A DNA stretch of 64,000 nt. Origin: Octopus bimaculoides (taxonomy: Eukaryota). The notes beneath the pieces are model-generated. The model worked only from the letters and a program-made list of their open reading frames with translations. It was not told the DNA's origin and did not search any database. Below are positions 25,134 through 38,282 of this stretch, piece after piece. The number at the start of each line of letters is the position of its first letter. The first letter of the stretch is position 1. The stretch spans positions 42,809,553 to 42,873,552 of the forward strand of contig NC_068994.1 in NCBI RefSeq assembly GCF_001194135.2, given 5' to 3'. The position numbers were made by a program, and so were the translations under genes.

Positions 25134-25837
25134 NNNNNNNNNNNNNNNNNNNNNNNNNNNNNNNNNNNNNNNNNNNNNNNNNNNNNNNNNNNNNNNNNNN
25201 NNNNNNNNNNNNNNNNNNNNNNNNNNNNNNNNNNNNNNNNNNNNNNNNNNNNNNNNNNNNNNNNNNNNNNNNNNNNNNNNNNNNNNNNNNNNNNNNNNNN
25301 NNNNNNNNNNNNNNNNNNNNNNNNNNNNNNNNNNNNNNNNNNNNNNNNNNNNNNNNNNNNNNNNNNNNNNNNNNNNNNNNNNNNNNNNNNNNNNNNNNNN
25401 NNNNNNNNNNNNNNNNNNNNNNNNNNNNNNNNNNNNNNNNNNNNNNNNNNNNNNNNNNNNNNNNNNNNNNNNNNNNNNNNNNNNNNNNNNNNNNNNNNNN
25501 NNNNNNNNNNNNNNNNNNNNNNNNNNNNNNNNNNNNNNNNNNNNNNNNNNNNNNNNNNNNNNNNNNNNNNNNNNNNNNNNNNNNNNNNNNNNNNNNNNNN
25601 NNNNNNNNNNNNNNNNNNNNNNNNNNNNNNNNNNNNNNNNNNNNNNNNNNNNNNNNNNNNNNNNNNNNNNNNNNNNNNNNNNNNNNNNNNNNNNNNNNNN
25701 NNNNNNNNNNNNNNNNNNNNNNNNNNNNNNNNNNNNNNNNNNNNNNNNNNNNNNNNNNNNNNNNGGTAGAACTATACACATGTCTAATTTTATGCGGACA
25801 TCTCGTGTATTGTTCTGCAAATTATATTCAAAGGAAC

Positions 25838-25905
25838 GATTGTACTGATGAGCCAAGGACTATTACGTAAGTAATTTTGATTGATGGTGAAACCGGTCAA
25901 TAATT
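25838..25905 (+). ncRNA. Type I hammerhead ribozyme motif, Penelope-type (palindromic short stem III)
   Basis: gattgta CTGATGA GCCA...TGGT GAAA CCGG TC aataatt. Core boxes are complete; stem II carries an internal ATTAC-GTAA-GTAAT hairpin. Confidence 0.65.
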
Positions 25906-26132
25906 AATTCTTTATATTTTTGTATGTTTTCATTTGTCTTGCTCTCTTATGTTCTGGTGCTTGCTGAATTTTCTTGAGAACAATCTTTAGTGATCAGATC
26001 GTTAGTGATCTTCTTCTAGCATAATGGATGTCCCATCGAACCCATTGCATGGCCTAGGCCAATCAATGCTTTGTGAATGAATTTGGTTGATGACAGATGG
26101 AAACTGTGTGGAAGTTTGGTGCATTTATATTC

Positions 26133-26496
26133 TTTTACTTGTTTTTCAATCACTTGACTGCGGCCATGCTGGAGCACTGCCTTGAAGGGTTTTAGTCGAC
26201 TAAATTGACCCCTAAGACTTATTTTTTAAGCCTAGTACTTATTCTATCAGTCCTTTTTGCTGAACCACTAAGTTAGGGGGGACAAACACAAACACAAGAT
26301 ACACACACACACATATATATATATATATAGACATGTGTGACAGGCTTCTTTTAGCTTAAGTCTACTAATTCCATTCACAAAGCTTTGGTCTGCCCGAGGC
26401 TATAGCAGAAAACACTTGACCAAGTGCCACACAATGAGACTGAACTCAGACCCAAGTGGTTGAGAAGCAAGCTACTTACCACACAGTCACACCTGC
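26133..26496 (-). mobile_element. tRNA-derived SINE, family A, near full length
   Basis: Reverse-complement match to 49383-49800. A plus-strand 3' half follows at about 26545-26755. Confidence 0.85.
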
Positions 26497-29099
26497 ATCT
26501 ATATATTATTCATATATTTATGTGTATATATGTATATATGTCATTGTGTTTGTTTGTCGCACCACTGTATGGTAACCAGTGTTGCTTTGTTCGTGTCCCT
26601 GTACCTTATTGGGTCTGCAAAAAAGACCAATAGAATAAATATGGGTGTTTAGAATAAGTATTGGGGGGGGGTCGATTTGCCTGATTAAAAACCATTCAAG
26701 GAAGTGCCACTCCAGCATGGCCACAGTACAGTGACTGAAGCAAGTAAAAGAAAACAAAAATACCAAAAAAAAAAAAAAATGCAAAATACGATACAATGCC
26801 TGATCAGAACTTCAAAGCATTTAACTAAGGTCACTATGAAATATGACTCAAACTTACAATGTATTCCATATACCTACATTATTGCAACCAACTATGAAAC
26901 AAGTCACTCCATACCAATGAATCCAACATACAAGATATCATCCCAAGCCTACTGCATGCCATAGTATACCAGTGTAACCCATACGGCACTATTGGAACTG
27001 CTTATACAATTGAAAGCTAACTCAATTTCAACCTAACTGTTCATTATAGATTTACTGATAATAATTTTTCACACTTTAATGAGTTCTTCTAATTTCAAGG
27101 GTTTTTTTAGTTTATTTTTATGTTTATTTGGTTTTGTCAGTGTTACATAGTTTATTTTATTTTATATTATTTTTATTATTTTTAGTTTGAAATATTTATT
27201 GCTTTTGTTTTAATTGTAAAATTTAAATTTAGGAAAATAACTGCAATTCTGTAAGCAGTTTATTCCTCACCAGTATAATTATCTTCTGTGTGAAACAACA
27301 GTCGTCAGTCAAAAGTAATTAGACTCGCCTGAGAGGCACACATTATAGTAAAAGTTGACGCCTAGACTAATAACTTGAGGGAACAAAAATAAACAATAAT
27401 AGAATCTATCAATAGGAAGAGAGATAATGTATAAAGCAAAAGAGTTGGGAGATTTTTGAAAAGATGAAGGTTTGTACAGAGGGTTGCGTGGGGCTGTTGG
27501 GTGTTGGGTGCGGAATGGAGTGGAGCACAATGGAGACGTGGTCAGGGCGATGGGAGTGGTGGTGGGGTTAAAGAAGAGAGCTGTAGCAGCTTATGGTTTC
27601 CTTCTCTGAGCATTTATATTTAAGGAGGAATGAATGATTGAAAGAATGAGTAAATGAATGAATTAGGAAATTATACCATTCTATTTTTCTGTTTGTTTTT
27701 GTTGTTGTAGCTGTTTTTTCCAAAAGAATGACAACAGAATGTATTGATTTTTTTTTTTTTGATTTGTTGGATATTTCTCTTTTATTTTTTCAGTTATTTT
27801 TTCCATTTATTTTTTGTTCTTTTACCTGAGTAATTATCATCACATTGCAGGTTCTATATAGCTTTTTTTTTTTTGTTCTCTCTTTTTTCTCTACATAATT
27901 ATATACAGTTCCACTTCCTTCTACCCATGGGTAGATGGTAGATGGCAGATAGAAGTGGAACTGTATACCCCCATACCCTCCTTACCATACACACACTCAT
28001 CCTACTTCATCAGGCTCTAATCCATACTGTAAATAATACCATGATATATAACACCACCACCATCACCACCACCATCATCACCACCACCACCATCACTACT
28101 GCCACCTTGGCCATCATCACCGACAAAGCTACTTCAATCACGAGTCAAGAAAACCACTATGAGGTCACTCAACAACCAACTAGTAAAAAGAAATAACAGC
28201 AAAATTCCCTTATGTCATATCCTATTGCCTTGAAAAAGGAAGGACACTGTGCACTGTAAAATCTTATACAAACGATGGAATGGAATGGTATTGTCTCACT
28301 TTGCAATACGTTTCATTACAGTATTGCTCAGTCTAGTCAAGGGTGATTCTGTGACAAAACTACTACTACTACAATTTTTCCAACTGTGGAAAGCATCCTC
28401 ATCTTGGTAACAAATGTCATCAGCATACCATCACAGAATTCATAAGAAGGAGAGTTTGATCAGCTAAAATACAAGCCAAATCAGCCGGGTAGTCATGATG
28501 GTTGTATTGGGCTTCGTATATTTGTATCCCAGTGTCACTTTGATGACATGCATTGCTTTCTAACTCAATAATGATAATAATAATAATAATAATAATGATG
28601 ATGATGATGATAATAATAGATTTTTTTTAAAGACAATAATAGAGAAAAATGAAACAATTATGGACGACTTGCTCTGAAACACCACCGAGTGGGGAACACT
28701 TCTCAAAAATAACCCGCAGTTGTTTCCTTCAAAATTCCTACATGCTCGAAATGTACATACATCGAGGTATATTTGTAGAAAATTTCACGAAAAAATATTC
28801 ATTTTAGTGGAAGTTAAGAGGAATTTAAGTGGACTCTGTTGGAATTTCCGAAAATTGTCCCCCACCCACATTCCAAAACACTTTCACCGAAAATTTTATA
28901 TATATTCGGAATCTACATAATAAATAATATATGCATAGAAAATTTCATTAAAAAATATTCATTTTTCTGAAAGTTATGACCTTCCAAAGTCGGGGGGGGN
29001 NNNNNNNNNNNNNNNNNNNNNNNNNNNNNNNNNNNNNNNNNNNNNNNNNNNNNNNNNNNNNNNNNNNNNNNNNNNNNNNAATGTATAAAATAATATACT

Positions 29100-31113
29100 A
29101 ACAAATTAATACAGTTATGACATATTTCTGTCATGAAACTGCCCAAAGCACCCTTTGGACACACAAGGGCACTTTGCAGAAGGAGCACATGTATAAGGTC
29201 TCGACCTGATATCCTTTCGCAGTTTTTCTTTTTTGCAGCGAACACAGTCTGCAAACTTTTTTTCTCCCATTTAATTTTTTGACTTGATGGAAGCCAATAT
29301 TTTCTCTGTTGACATCCACCTCAGTTAATTTTGCTTTTCTCCCAGTTCTGTGCTTTCTAGAAGAAAAGCCCTCACGTAACTGAGATGCGATGTCAACCCG
29401 CAATTTCAAATGGTCGTAGTCTTTTTGTGGCGGAGGTACTTTGTGGCTTTTTACATATACAATATATGAATTTACTATAGTTAAATTCACTAAAAACCAC
29501 AAAATGTACCTCCACCATTTCTTCCCACGTCGACAAACTGAGTAATATGCCCCATATTGGTCTTATTTATCAACCCCACCCATATATTTGTTATAACAAA
29601 TATTCACGAGGGGTTTCCCGTCAGCACCAACACCAGGTTGTTCATTAGAAGACAGAAATAAAATCTGTCTTTTGTCTTTGAAAGCAGTAACTAAAACATT
29701 TTCTTTACGCATCTGTAAAATGTCCCCTCTATTTTTTAATTTTGTTTTCATTTCACAGGGTAAACCTTTACGGTTTCCCATAACAGTACTACACATGTAA
29801 GTACTTACACGTGCAAGATTTTCCGCCAAAGTCACTGACGAAAAAAGAAGGTCGAAATAGATGTGTCGGTGCTGATGGTGAAATGGTTCAGTAAGGGACC
29901 ACACTACATCATGTCCCAATCCATGCGGTCTGTTTCCATTATATTTTTTACCTGTGTAAACATCGAAGTTTACACAGTATTCTGTCTCCGATTCACCAAC
30001 TTCCCATACCTTGATCCCCCATTTAGTAGGTTTGGCAGGCATGTACTGCCGAAAATGTACTCTGCCCTTATAGCCTATCATGGCTTCATCTACACTGAGA
30101 TTTTTCCCAGGTAGATACACAGTTCTATAATTATTAACAAGTAAATCGATTATAGGACGTACTTTGTACAGGGGATCGTAGTTTGGGTCGTTTTTGCTGG
30201 GGGCATTAGCAGAATCAGTCAAATGCAAATACTGAGATATTTTCGAATACCTAGTCTTGGACATTATACTCGAAATATATGGATCGCCATACCTTACATC
30301 GGGACTCCAATAGTTCCACAGTCGAGGAAGCTGTTTCACATCAAACATAATGTAGATTGTGAAAAATGCTCTCATTTGTTTTCTTAACGAAACACTTTCA
30401 AACTTGGGACACTGATAGAATGTGAATGTTTCATATAAAACAACTTCTTCTCTTAACCTTCTTAACAAAATTTTGTACATCGCAACTTATTTCATGTTAA
30501 AGTTGTCGTATTTCTGTCATTTCAACCAATCACTGACGTCTATTCAGCTGAATACAGTTACTGCCCGCCGGTCATAAAAATGTTATACCCTGTGACATAT
30601 TTCATCCGGTTTAAACGTAATTTATACGCATATATTGTTTTGAGCATCAAGAGGTAAATTATGTTGTGGACCAGTGTTTTCTGTAAAATCAGAAATAGTG
30701 GTCGGATTTTTGACCATGTTGCCATGTTTACGCTATCATTTTCTTCACTTTCGTTATTAAACTCTTCCTCGTCCGATGAAAAATCACTGATATCGATATC
30801 AGATTTATCCGAAGACAAAATACTTTTGTTTTCATTGATATTTTCAATATCATTAATAGTAAAGCCTTCAAAATCGGAATCGCTCCTTGCTGACGCCATT
30901 TCTTTCACAACCAAGATAAACACTTCTCTTCGAACGTTGAAAAAAACCCATTGAATAAAGGCAGGAAAGGCTTCATCTCGCATTATCTCAGAGCTACGAG
31001 AATTCAATAACGTGATTTGTTTTTTTTTTTTAACGATTTCGTAGAGCTTTCGGATACGGCCAGTTTGAACAAATAAAGGGGAATTAATTTTGGCCGGTTA
31101 CAACACTAAAGGG
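29100..31113 (-). mobile_element. piggyBac DNA transposon (one terminus visible)
   Basis: Transposase remnant plus terminal CCCTTTAGTGTTGTAACCGGCC (31092-31113, minus strand) next to TTGA, a degenerate TTAA. The other end was not found and may be in the gap at 29000-29099. Confidence 0.85.
29131..30899 (-). pseudogene. piggyBac (PGBD-like) transposase pseudogene
   Basis: Acidic N-terminus from ATG 30899 (MASARSDSDFEGF), YWS, SVDEAM, MPAKPTKWGIK, YFD, YNKYMGGVD, KKWW and a Cys-rich C-terminus CRLC...CSFCKVPLC. Lesions: frameshift near 30710, in-frame TAA at 29563-29565 and a frameshift in the last codons. Confidence 0.93.
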
Positions 31114-31385
31114 TTGAATGATGAATGAAACACCCATGTTTCCAGAGGTGAATTATTCAAACTTCAAAGAATTCCTCTCAACACATGGCTACTTCTGCTT
31201 GTGATCAGAGATGCACATATCATCAGCCACCAAAGGACATGCTCAACAGTTTAAGGTCAAGCAACTGACAAGCAAATCTGTGGTATTGAGCAGAGTATTT
31301 GCTGTAGCCCATCTTTTATACCAAAGACAAAACATGTACATGATAACATTTCCTATCAATTTAGATCAAAATCCATGAAAGCCAC
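31114..31385. repeat. Probable dispersed repeat abutting the piggyBac terminus
   Basis: tgatgaatgaaacacccatgtttccagaggtgaattattcaaac... resembles a common octopus repeat from recall only; there is no second copy in the window. Confidence 0.35.
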
Positions 31386-33589
31386 AGCTTGTTGTTGTTA
31401 TTATTATTATTATTATTGTTGTTGTTGTTGTTATTAAGGCGGCAAGTTGGTTAAAATACATTTAGAACTTAGTTGGTACACTCACTAATTCGTGACATCT
31501 AAGCCACATGCTGATTGGTCAAAATATGGTTCGTAAGATTCAGCCTGCTGGAGCCCATGAAAGGGTATTTGAAGGGTAAATCCAACCATTTCACTACAGT
31601 TGTCAATTGTGGAACATGACTGTCACTACATAAACCTGAAGATTGTGTAACGCATGAAAGTACTAGTTTATTTCAATATTGTAAAATTATAAAAGACTAA
31701 GTTGGAATTTCATTGATTAATATATTGTTTTACACACAATTATACAAACTTGGACACACACACACACACATATGTGATATATGATGTATATATATGGTAT
31801 ATATTTTCATACATATATAAGTAGGCATGTATGCACATGTGTGTAATGTTTTTATATATCAGGGTAAAGTGTTTTACATGTAAGAGTAACTTAGTCACAC
31901 AGTAAAGAGAGATTGAGACAAATTAGTACCAGACTATAATAGGTACAAGGTTTGATTGTATGTATTCTAAAAATCCTCATAGATTGTGCTGTAGCATGAC
32001 CATGGTCCAATGGCTGAAACTAGTAAAAGGAATGTTATGGTAGTATTCCATCTCTATAGAGTAAAATATCATTCATTATGTTACACCGTAAAGGAAGACT
32101 TGAAAGAGTGAAATAATTGCAGATGCATTGCATTGCTTGCAGCTGCAAGGAAATAATTTTCCACTAAGTTGCTCCCTACAATGAGATGCAGATGATGGAA
32201 GACCCGTCTACAATATGTACACATAGCTTTTAGTCATTTAGTGAGGGCACAAGTAATGACCATTAATTGTTAAGCGATGCATGTGAACTGAGAGTTTGCG
32301 GAAGTGATGCTGGAGGTTGTGGATCATACAAATTTCTTTGGATCCTTTGTTTCAAATGACAATAACATATTATGAGAACTAACTGCTGCATGTGTCTCCA
32401 GAACAGCAGAAATGATCAGCATATTACTATAAACTAACAGGGCTTTCATTAAGCATGATGGCATGCATGAATGCTCCTTTAGTGGGTTCCATGCTTTTGT
32501 GTTAACATTATTATCACAGTGTGTTGTGAGACTTGGTCAATAAACTAAAAGAATTTTATGCAAGGTATTTGTTTTTCAGAAATTGTCTGTTTATGTAGGC
32601 TGATGCAGTTCCTATTAACGGAGGAACACATGTTTAAAACTGAATGAGAACAGAAGATCAAAAATTGTAAAGTTTTCAAACCTGTATTATGAGAAGGTGG
32701 GAATTGAATGGCTGCGCATTTGATTAAAAGAGATGAGGAACTTGTACTACAGCAGTCATTAAAAGGGCTAATTAACGGATGAAGGAAATTTGGTCAGTCT
32801 ACAAAAGCAAACAGTATGGCTGTGAACATTCGGTTTCTGCTGCTGCTGTTGTTGTGACTGTTGTTCTTGATGATGATGATGATGATGATGTGGTGGCGGT
32901 GACAGTGGTGGGAGCAGCGGCGATGATGTGGTGGTGGTGGTGGTGGTGGTGGTGGAGATGATGATGAGGAGGAGGAGGAGGGGAGATTGTTGCTGATGTT
33001 TTGATCTTNNNNNNNNNNNNNNNNNNNNNNNNNNNNNNNNNNNNNNNNNNNNNNNNNNNNNNNNNNNNNNNNNNNNNNNNNNNNNNNTGCTGCTGCTGTT
33101 GTTGTGACTGTTGTTCTTGATGATGATGATGATGATGATGTGGTGGCGGTGACAGTGGTGGGAGCAGCGGCGATGATGTGGTGGTGGTGGTGGTGGTGGT
33201 GGTGGAGATGATGATGAGGAGGAGGAGGAGGGGAGATTGTTGCTGATGTTTTGATCTTGTTAGCTCCAAGTCACCCCTAACTGAATAGGACTATCATAAA
33301 ATGCATCCCAGCCATGACCATCCTGTCTCTTTTTTCTTTTTCTTCTAAGGTGTTGCAGATATAGGACTGCATTATCTAATGTATCTCTCTACCTTTTGAA
33401 GATAATAAAAAACAAAAAGGAGCGGGGTTACTTGAGGGCAACTTGGATACTACATCTAGCATTTTCAGAAGCCATGAAATGGCTCTGTATGAATGGTTGG
33501 TGGTTTTAACTATTAACAGTCTTTATTAGTGAGCTTTGTCTGAAGCTGAATGTGGATGAATGATGATGACAGACATAAACACAGGCACA

Positions 33590-34765
33590 CGCACACACAG
33601 ACATAAACATACACACACACACATAAACATACACACATACATACATAAACATACACACACACATACATAAACATACACACACACATAAACATACACACAC
33701 ACATACATAAACATACACACGCACACACATAAACATACACACATACATACATAAACATACACACACACATACATAAACATACACACACACATACATAAAC
33801 ATACACACACATACATAAACATACGCACACACATACATAAACATACACACACACATGCATAAACATACACATACATAAACATACACACACACNNNNNNNN
33901 NNNNNNNNNNNNNNNNNNNNNNNNNNNNNNNNNNNNNNNNNNNNNNNNNNNNNNNNNNNNNNNNNNNNNNNNNNNNNNNNNNNNNNNNNNNNNNNNNNNN
34001 NNNNNNNNNNNNNNNNNNNNNNNNNNNNNNNNNNNNNNNNNNNNNNNNNNNNNNNNNNNNNNNNNNNNNNNNNNNNNNNNNNNNNNNNNNNNNNNNNNNN
34101 NNNNNNNNNNNNNNNNNNNNNNNNNNNNNNNNNNNNNNNNNNNNNNNNNNNNNNNNNNNNNNNNNNNNNNNNNNNNNNNNNNNNNNNNNNNNNNNNNNNN
34201 NNNNNNNNNNNNNNNNNNNNNNNNNNNNNNNNNNNNNNNNNNNNNNNNNNNNNNNNNNNNNNNNNNNNNNNNNNNNNNNNNNNNNNNNNNNNNNNNNNNN
34301 NNNNNNNNNNNNNNNNNNNNNNNNNNNNNNNNNNNNNNNNNNNNNNNNNNNNNNNNNNNNNNNNNNNNNNNNNNNNNNNNNNNNNNNNNNNNNNNNNNNN
34401 NNNNNNNNNNNNNNNNNNNNNNNNNNNNNNNNNNNNNNNNNNNNNNNNNNNNNNNNNNNNNNNNNNNNNNNNNNNNNNNNNNNNNNNNNNNNNNNNNNNN
34501 NNNNNNNNNNNNNNNNACACACACATACCTAAACATACACACACACATACATAAACATACACACACATACATAAACATACACACACACATACATAAACAT
34601 ACACACACACATACATAAACATACACACACACATACATAAACATACACACGCACATACATAAACATACACACACACACACACACATAAACATACACACAC
34701 ACACATAAACATACACACACACATACATAAACACACACACACATACACATACACACACACATATG
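33590..34765. repeat. CA-derived minisatellite (about 18-22 bp units, acacacacatacataaacat), interrupted by a gap
   Basis: Tandem units visible on both sides of gap 33893-34516. Confidence 0.9.
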
Positions 34766-35084
34766 CATCCCATGACATTGAACTGACGACTAATATGAGG
34801 TTGGAGCATGCTTGCTTCCTTTTATGTTGTGTTTATGTTTTCCCATAAATTTTGTTGTTGATTATCTGTGCTACCATTCCCATTCATAAGGCTACATGTG
34901 TGCATATGTCTGTGTGCCAGTGTGTCTATGTGTGCACTTGTGTGTGAATATATGAGTGCATGTGTGTGCACAGACACACACACATACACATACATATGCA
35001 CATATATATACATACACATATGCACACATATTCATAATACAAACAAACACTAACACATATACAGTTATTATTTCTTGCCATTTT

Positions 35085-35286
35085 AAGGTGGCGAGCTGGC
35101 ACAATCATAAGCATACCACACAAAATGCTGCTGAGCATTATGTTCTGAGTTCAAATCCCTCCGAGGTCGACTTTGCGTTTCATCCTTTTGGGGTCAATAA
35201 ACTAAGTTCCACTTGAGTACTTGGGTTGATGTAATCAACTAGCCCTATCACCTAAAATTTCAGGATTTGTACCTATAGTAGAAAGG
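35085..35286 (+). mobile_element. tRNA-derived SINE, family B, with a 17-18 bp TSD
   Basis: aaggtggcgagctggc...gagttcaaatcc...gtagaaagg; attatttcttgcc(a)tttt at 35067-35084 and 35287-35303. Confidence 0.85.
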
Positions 35287-37946
35287 ATTATTTCTTGCCT
35301 TTTAAGGTTGGTAGGACTTTGTTATGTTGGAAGTTTATATTAAAAAGCAATACAGATTTGTAATAGAAAAACAACATGGCGCAGATTGTTCAAAGCAGAC
35401 ATAGCAGTAATAAACAGAAAATGGGAAAACATCGAGAGAGGCTGCCGATAGAGATCAGTGAAGATTGTTGTCTGCCCAATGCACCACCAGACGCAGGTTG
35501 GACTAAGGACTAAGGAATACAAACACAAGTCCTAACATTTAGTGAGACCAATATAATCAATATTATATTGATCGCGCTTTATCACTGGTACGTGTTCATT
35601 GAATTTGGTTTATTATTGACACTTGTTTTTATCACTCCCCACCCCTGTAGCTCCTCTGCAGTATGAAACCTCTTCTGTTCTGGGCACTTCTATTATTCTC
35701 TTACCCATTTTTTGCCCCACATCTCCTAGCATAAATTTACCCCCTTGGGGTTTGTATTCTTACAAACTGCAAGATGGCAGTAATGACAGCGATGACAACA
35801 AAAACAACGTCAACCACAATGATGAGGAGGAGGAAGAAAAATTGATCTTTATGAGATTCAAAATTCAGAACAAACCTAGGATCAGTCTGGCTAAATACCA
35901 CATAGTTGTTCTGCCTGTCACTGGACCAATATTCTGCAGTGAATCAAAAAACTTAATGTTGAAAGTTATTTGGAAGTAATTTGAGGAAGATCTTTTATGA
36001 ATATATCTAACAAACCCCAACTATATTTGACAGGTATCGTCATGTAGTTAACAAGATATATTGGATTTTATCTCAGCCTGCATATAGATGAAAAAAAAAC
36101 ATCTTTTTCTTTATATCTTTCATCTTTAATCTTTTATCCATTTCAGCATTAGACTGCGACCATGTGGGGCACTACTTTGAAGAGTTTTAGTCAAATAAAC
36201 CAACTGTAGTACTTCTTTTTTTTTTTTTTTTTAAATTCAGGCAATTATTCTATCAGATTTCTTCTTTTTTTTTTGCCAAGTTACTAAGTTACTGGGATGT
36301 AAAAAGACCAAAACAGGTTGTCAAGTGATGGTGGGGGAACAAACATACAGAGAGACACACACAGATATATGTGTGTGTGTGTGTGTATGGATGTATGTAT
36401 ACATATATATATATATATATATAAAGTAACAAACTAAAGAAAGAAATTCTTTCAAAGGGATGTGTGAAACATCCAATTCACTGGCATGTCAGTTGATTTC
36501 CACATAAATATGGGTATAATGCAAATTGCAAACAATAAATTAAATAGAGAGATACAATTGACAATCCAATGGTTTATTTATATTATAATATAACATAATA
36601 TACTATGAATATGATATAATATAAGATAACATTAAAAAAAATCATTAAAAAAACCATAAAAGCCAACAGTTTGTTCCAACTTATATACATTTTCTGATAT
36701 ATAAACAATTCAATTTACTTATATAAGTCTCATCAGAGCTAAGGTTTAAAGATAAACAAAATTCCATGTGAAAGGACAGCTTTTTTGTGGTTTTTAATGA
36801 CTTCATTTTATGTTATCTTATCTTATATTATATTATATTATATTACATTCATAGTATATTATGTTATATTATAATATAAATAAATTAATGGATTGTTGAT
36901 TGTATCTCTCTATTTAATTTATTATTTATATCTATATATATTTTGAAAGCGTTCTTCTGTATGTTATTTAAAAATGTTAGGATTTTATTTGAGAGAGAGA
37001 TTGGCATATAAACGGTAAACTGTACTTCATTATAGTACTTGATAAAAAGCAAAGTTGTTACTTAATCAGAAGATAAAGAGCAACTGTAGCCATTGGACCT
37101 ACAAAAATAAGATTCAGCCAATTCATCAGGATCCATGACTATCCAAAGGGTTCCCCACTCAATAAATAAATAAATAAATACACAAATAAATAAATAAATA
37201 AATACACAAATAAATAAATAAATAAATAAATAAATACACAAACAAATAAATAAACAGATAAAATCCTCAAGATTCTTTGAATTCTGAAAGAATCTGTCCT
37301 TGAAAGCTTTCATGTTCCATCTTGCAAAAATTTTCTCTTTAATTTAAGGCATCAAGTGTCATGCACCTTTACAAGGCCTCTAACACTGAGGGTAGGTGAA
37401 GAAGTTTGGCCTCATGGTTCAAATGCTTGCAGTGAGTAGGCTCCACTCGAACCACCAATGGGCCAGGTTGTGACATTAAACTGAGCAATATATTATCTCA
37501 ATTGGCTAAATAACTGGAAAAGGACCACAAAGTTAGGTTACAAACTGCTAAACTTCCAGATGAATATATATATATGTCCTATATATATAATACTGCCTGA
37601 CTGGCACGTAAAAAGCATCATTTGAGCTAGGTCAATGCCAGTGCCACCTGACTGACCCCTGTGCCAATGCCACATAAAAAGCAGCTACTACACTTTCAGA
37701 GCAGTTGGCATTAAGAAGGGCATCCAGCTGTAGAAACCTTGCCAGATCAGATTGCTGTAGCCTCCTGGATTGCTAGTCTTCAGCCAAACCGTCCAACCCA
37801 TGGGAGCGTGGAAAATGGACGTTAAATGATGTGTGTGTACACCAGAATAAGCCCATAAGTGTGAAACAAGGTGGGTACAAATAATACTCAAATACCAGAG
37901 GTAGTGTAATATGCTTTATTATTAAAACTGCAAAAACATCACAAAA

Positions 37947-37988
37947 AACTGCTACTCAGAGTTTCACGTTCCCATTTGTCAGACAGTT
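37947..37988 (-). ncRNA. Compact type I hammerhead ribozyme motif, degenerate (G8 to A)
   Basis: Minus strand AACTGT CTGACAA ATG-GGAA-CGT GAAA CTC-T-GAG TA GCAGTT. All three stems can pair, and AATAAA lies just downstream. Confidence 0.7.
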
Positions 37989-37998
37989 GATTCATAAA

Positions 37999-38040
<42 letters not shown>

Positions 38041-38225
38041 TACAGACACACACATNNNNNNNNNNATGCATGTATGTATACATATGTGCATATATATATA
38101 TATATATATAGTACTGCCTTACTGGCACCCGTGCCAGTAGTATAATGGATACTTCTACCCCATAGACAGTTATTTTAACCTCTGACTCAGCTAACCTTTG
38201 ATTTACACATGTATATATATATGTA

Positions 38226-38282
<57 letters not shown>

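Noticed and set aside
28710-28999. Missing piggyBac terminus
   Set aside because: No CCCTTTAG TIR was found; the segment has an internal repeat of about 54 bp but cannot be tied to the transposon.
32838-33258. Exact 171-bp duplication flanking gap 33009-33087
   Set aside because: One copy ends at the contig end and the other starts the next contig, the classic unmerged-overlap artefact.
37110-37135. Minus-strand CTGATGA
   Set aside because: No GAAA or stem II follows.
37260-37560. Possible LINE C-terminal remnant
   Set aside because: Peptide similarity is too weak to name a clade by eye.
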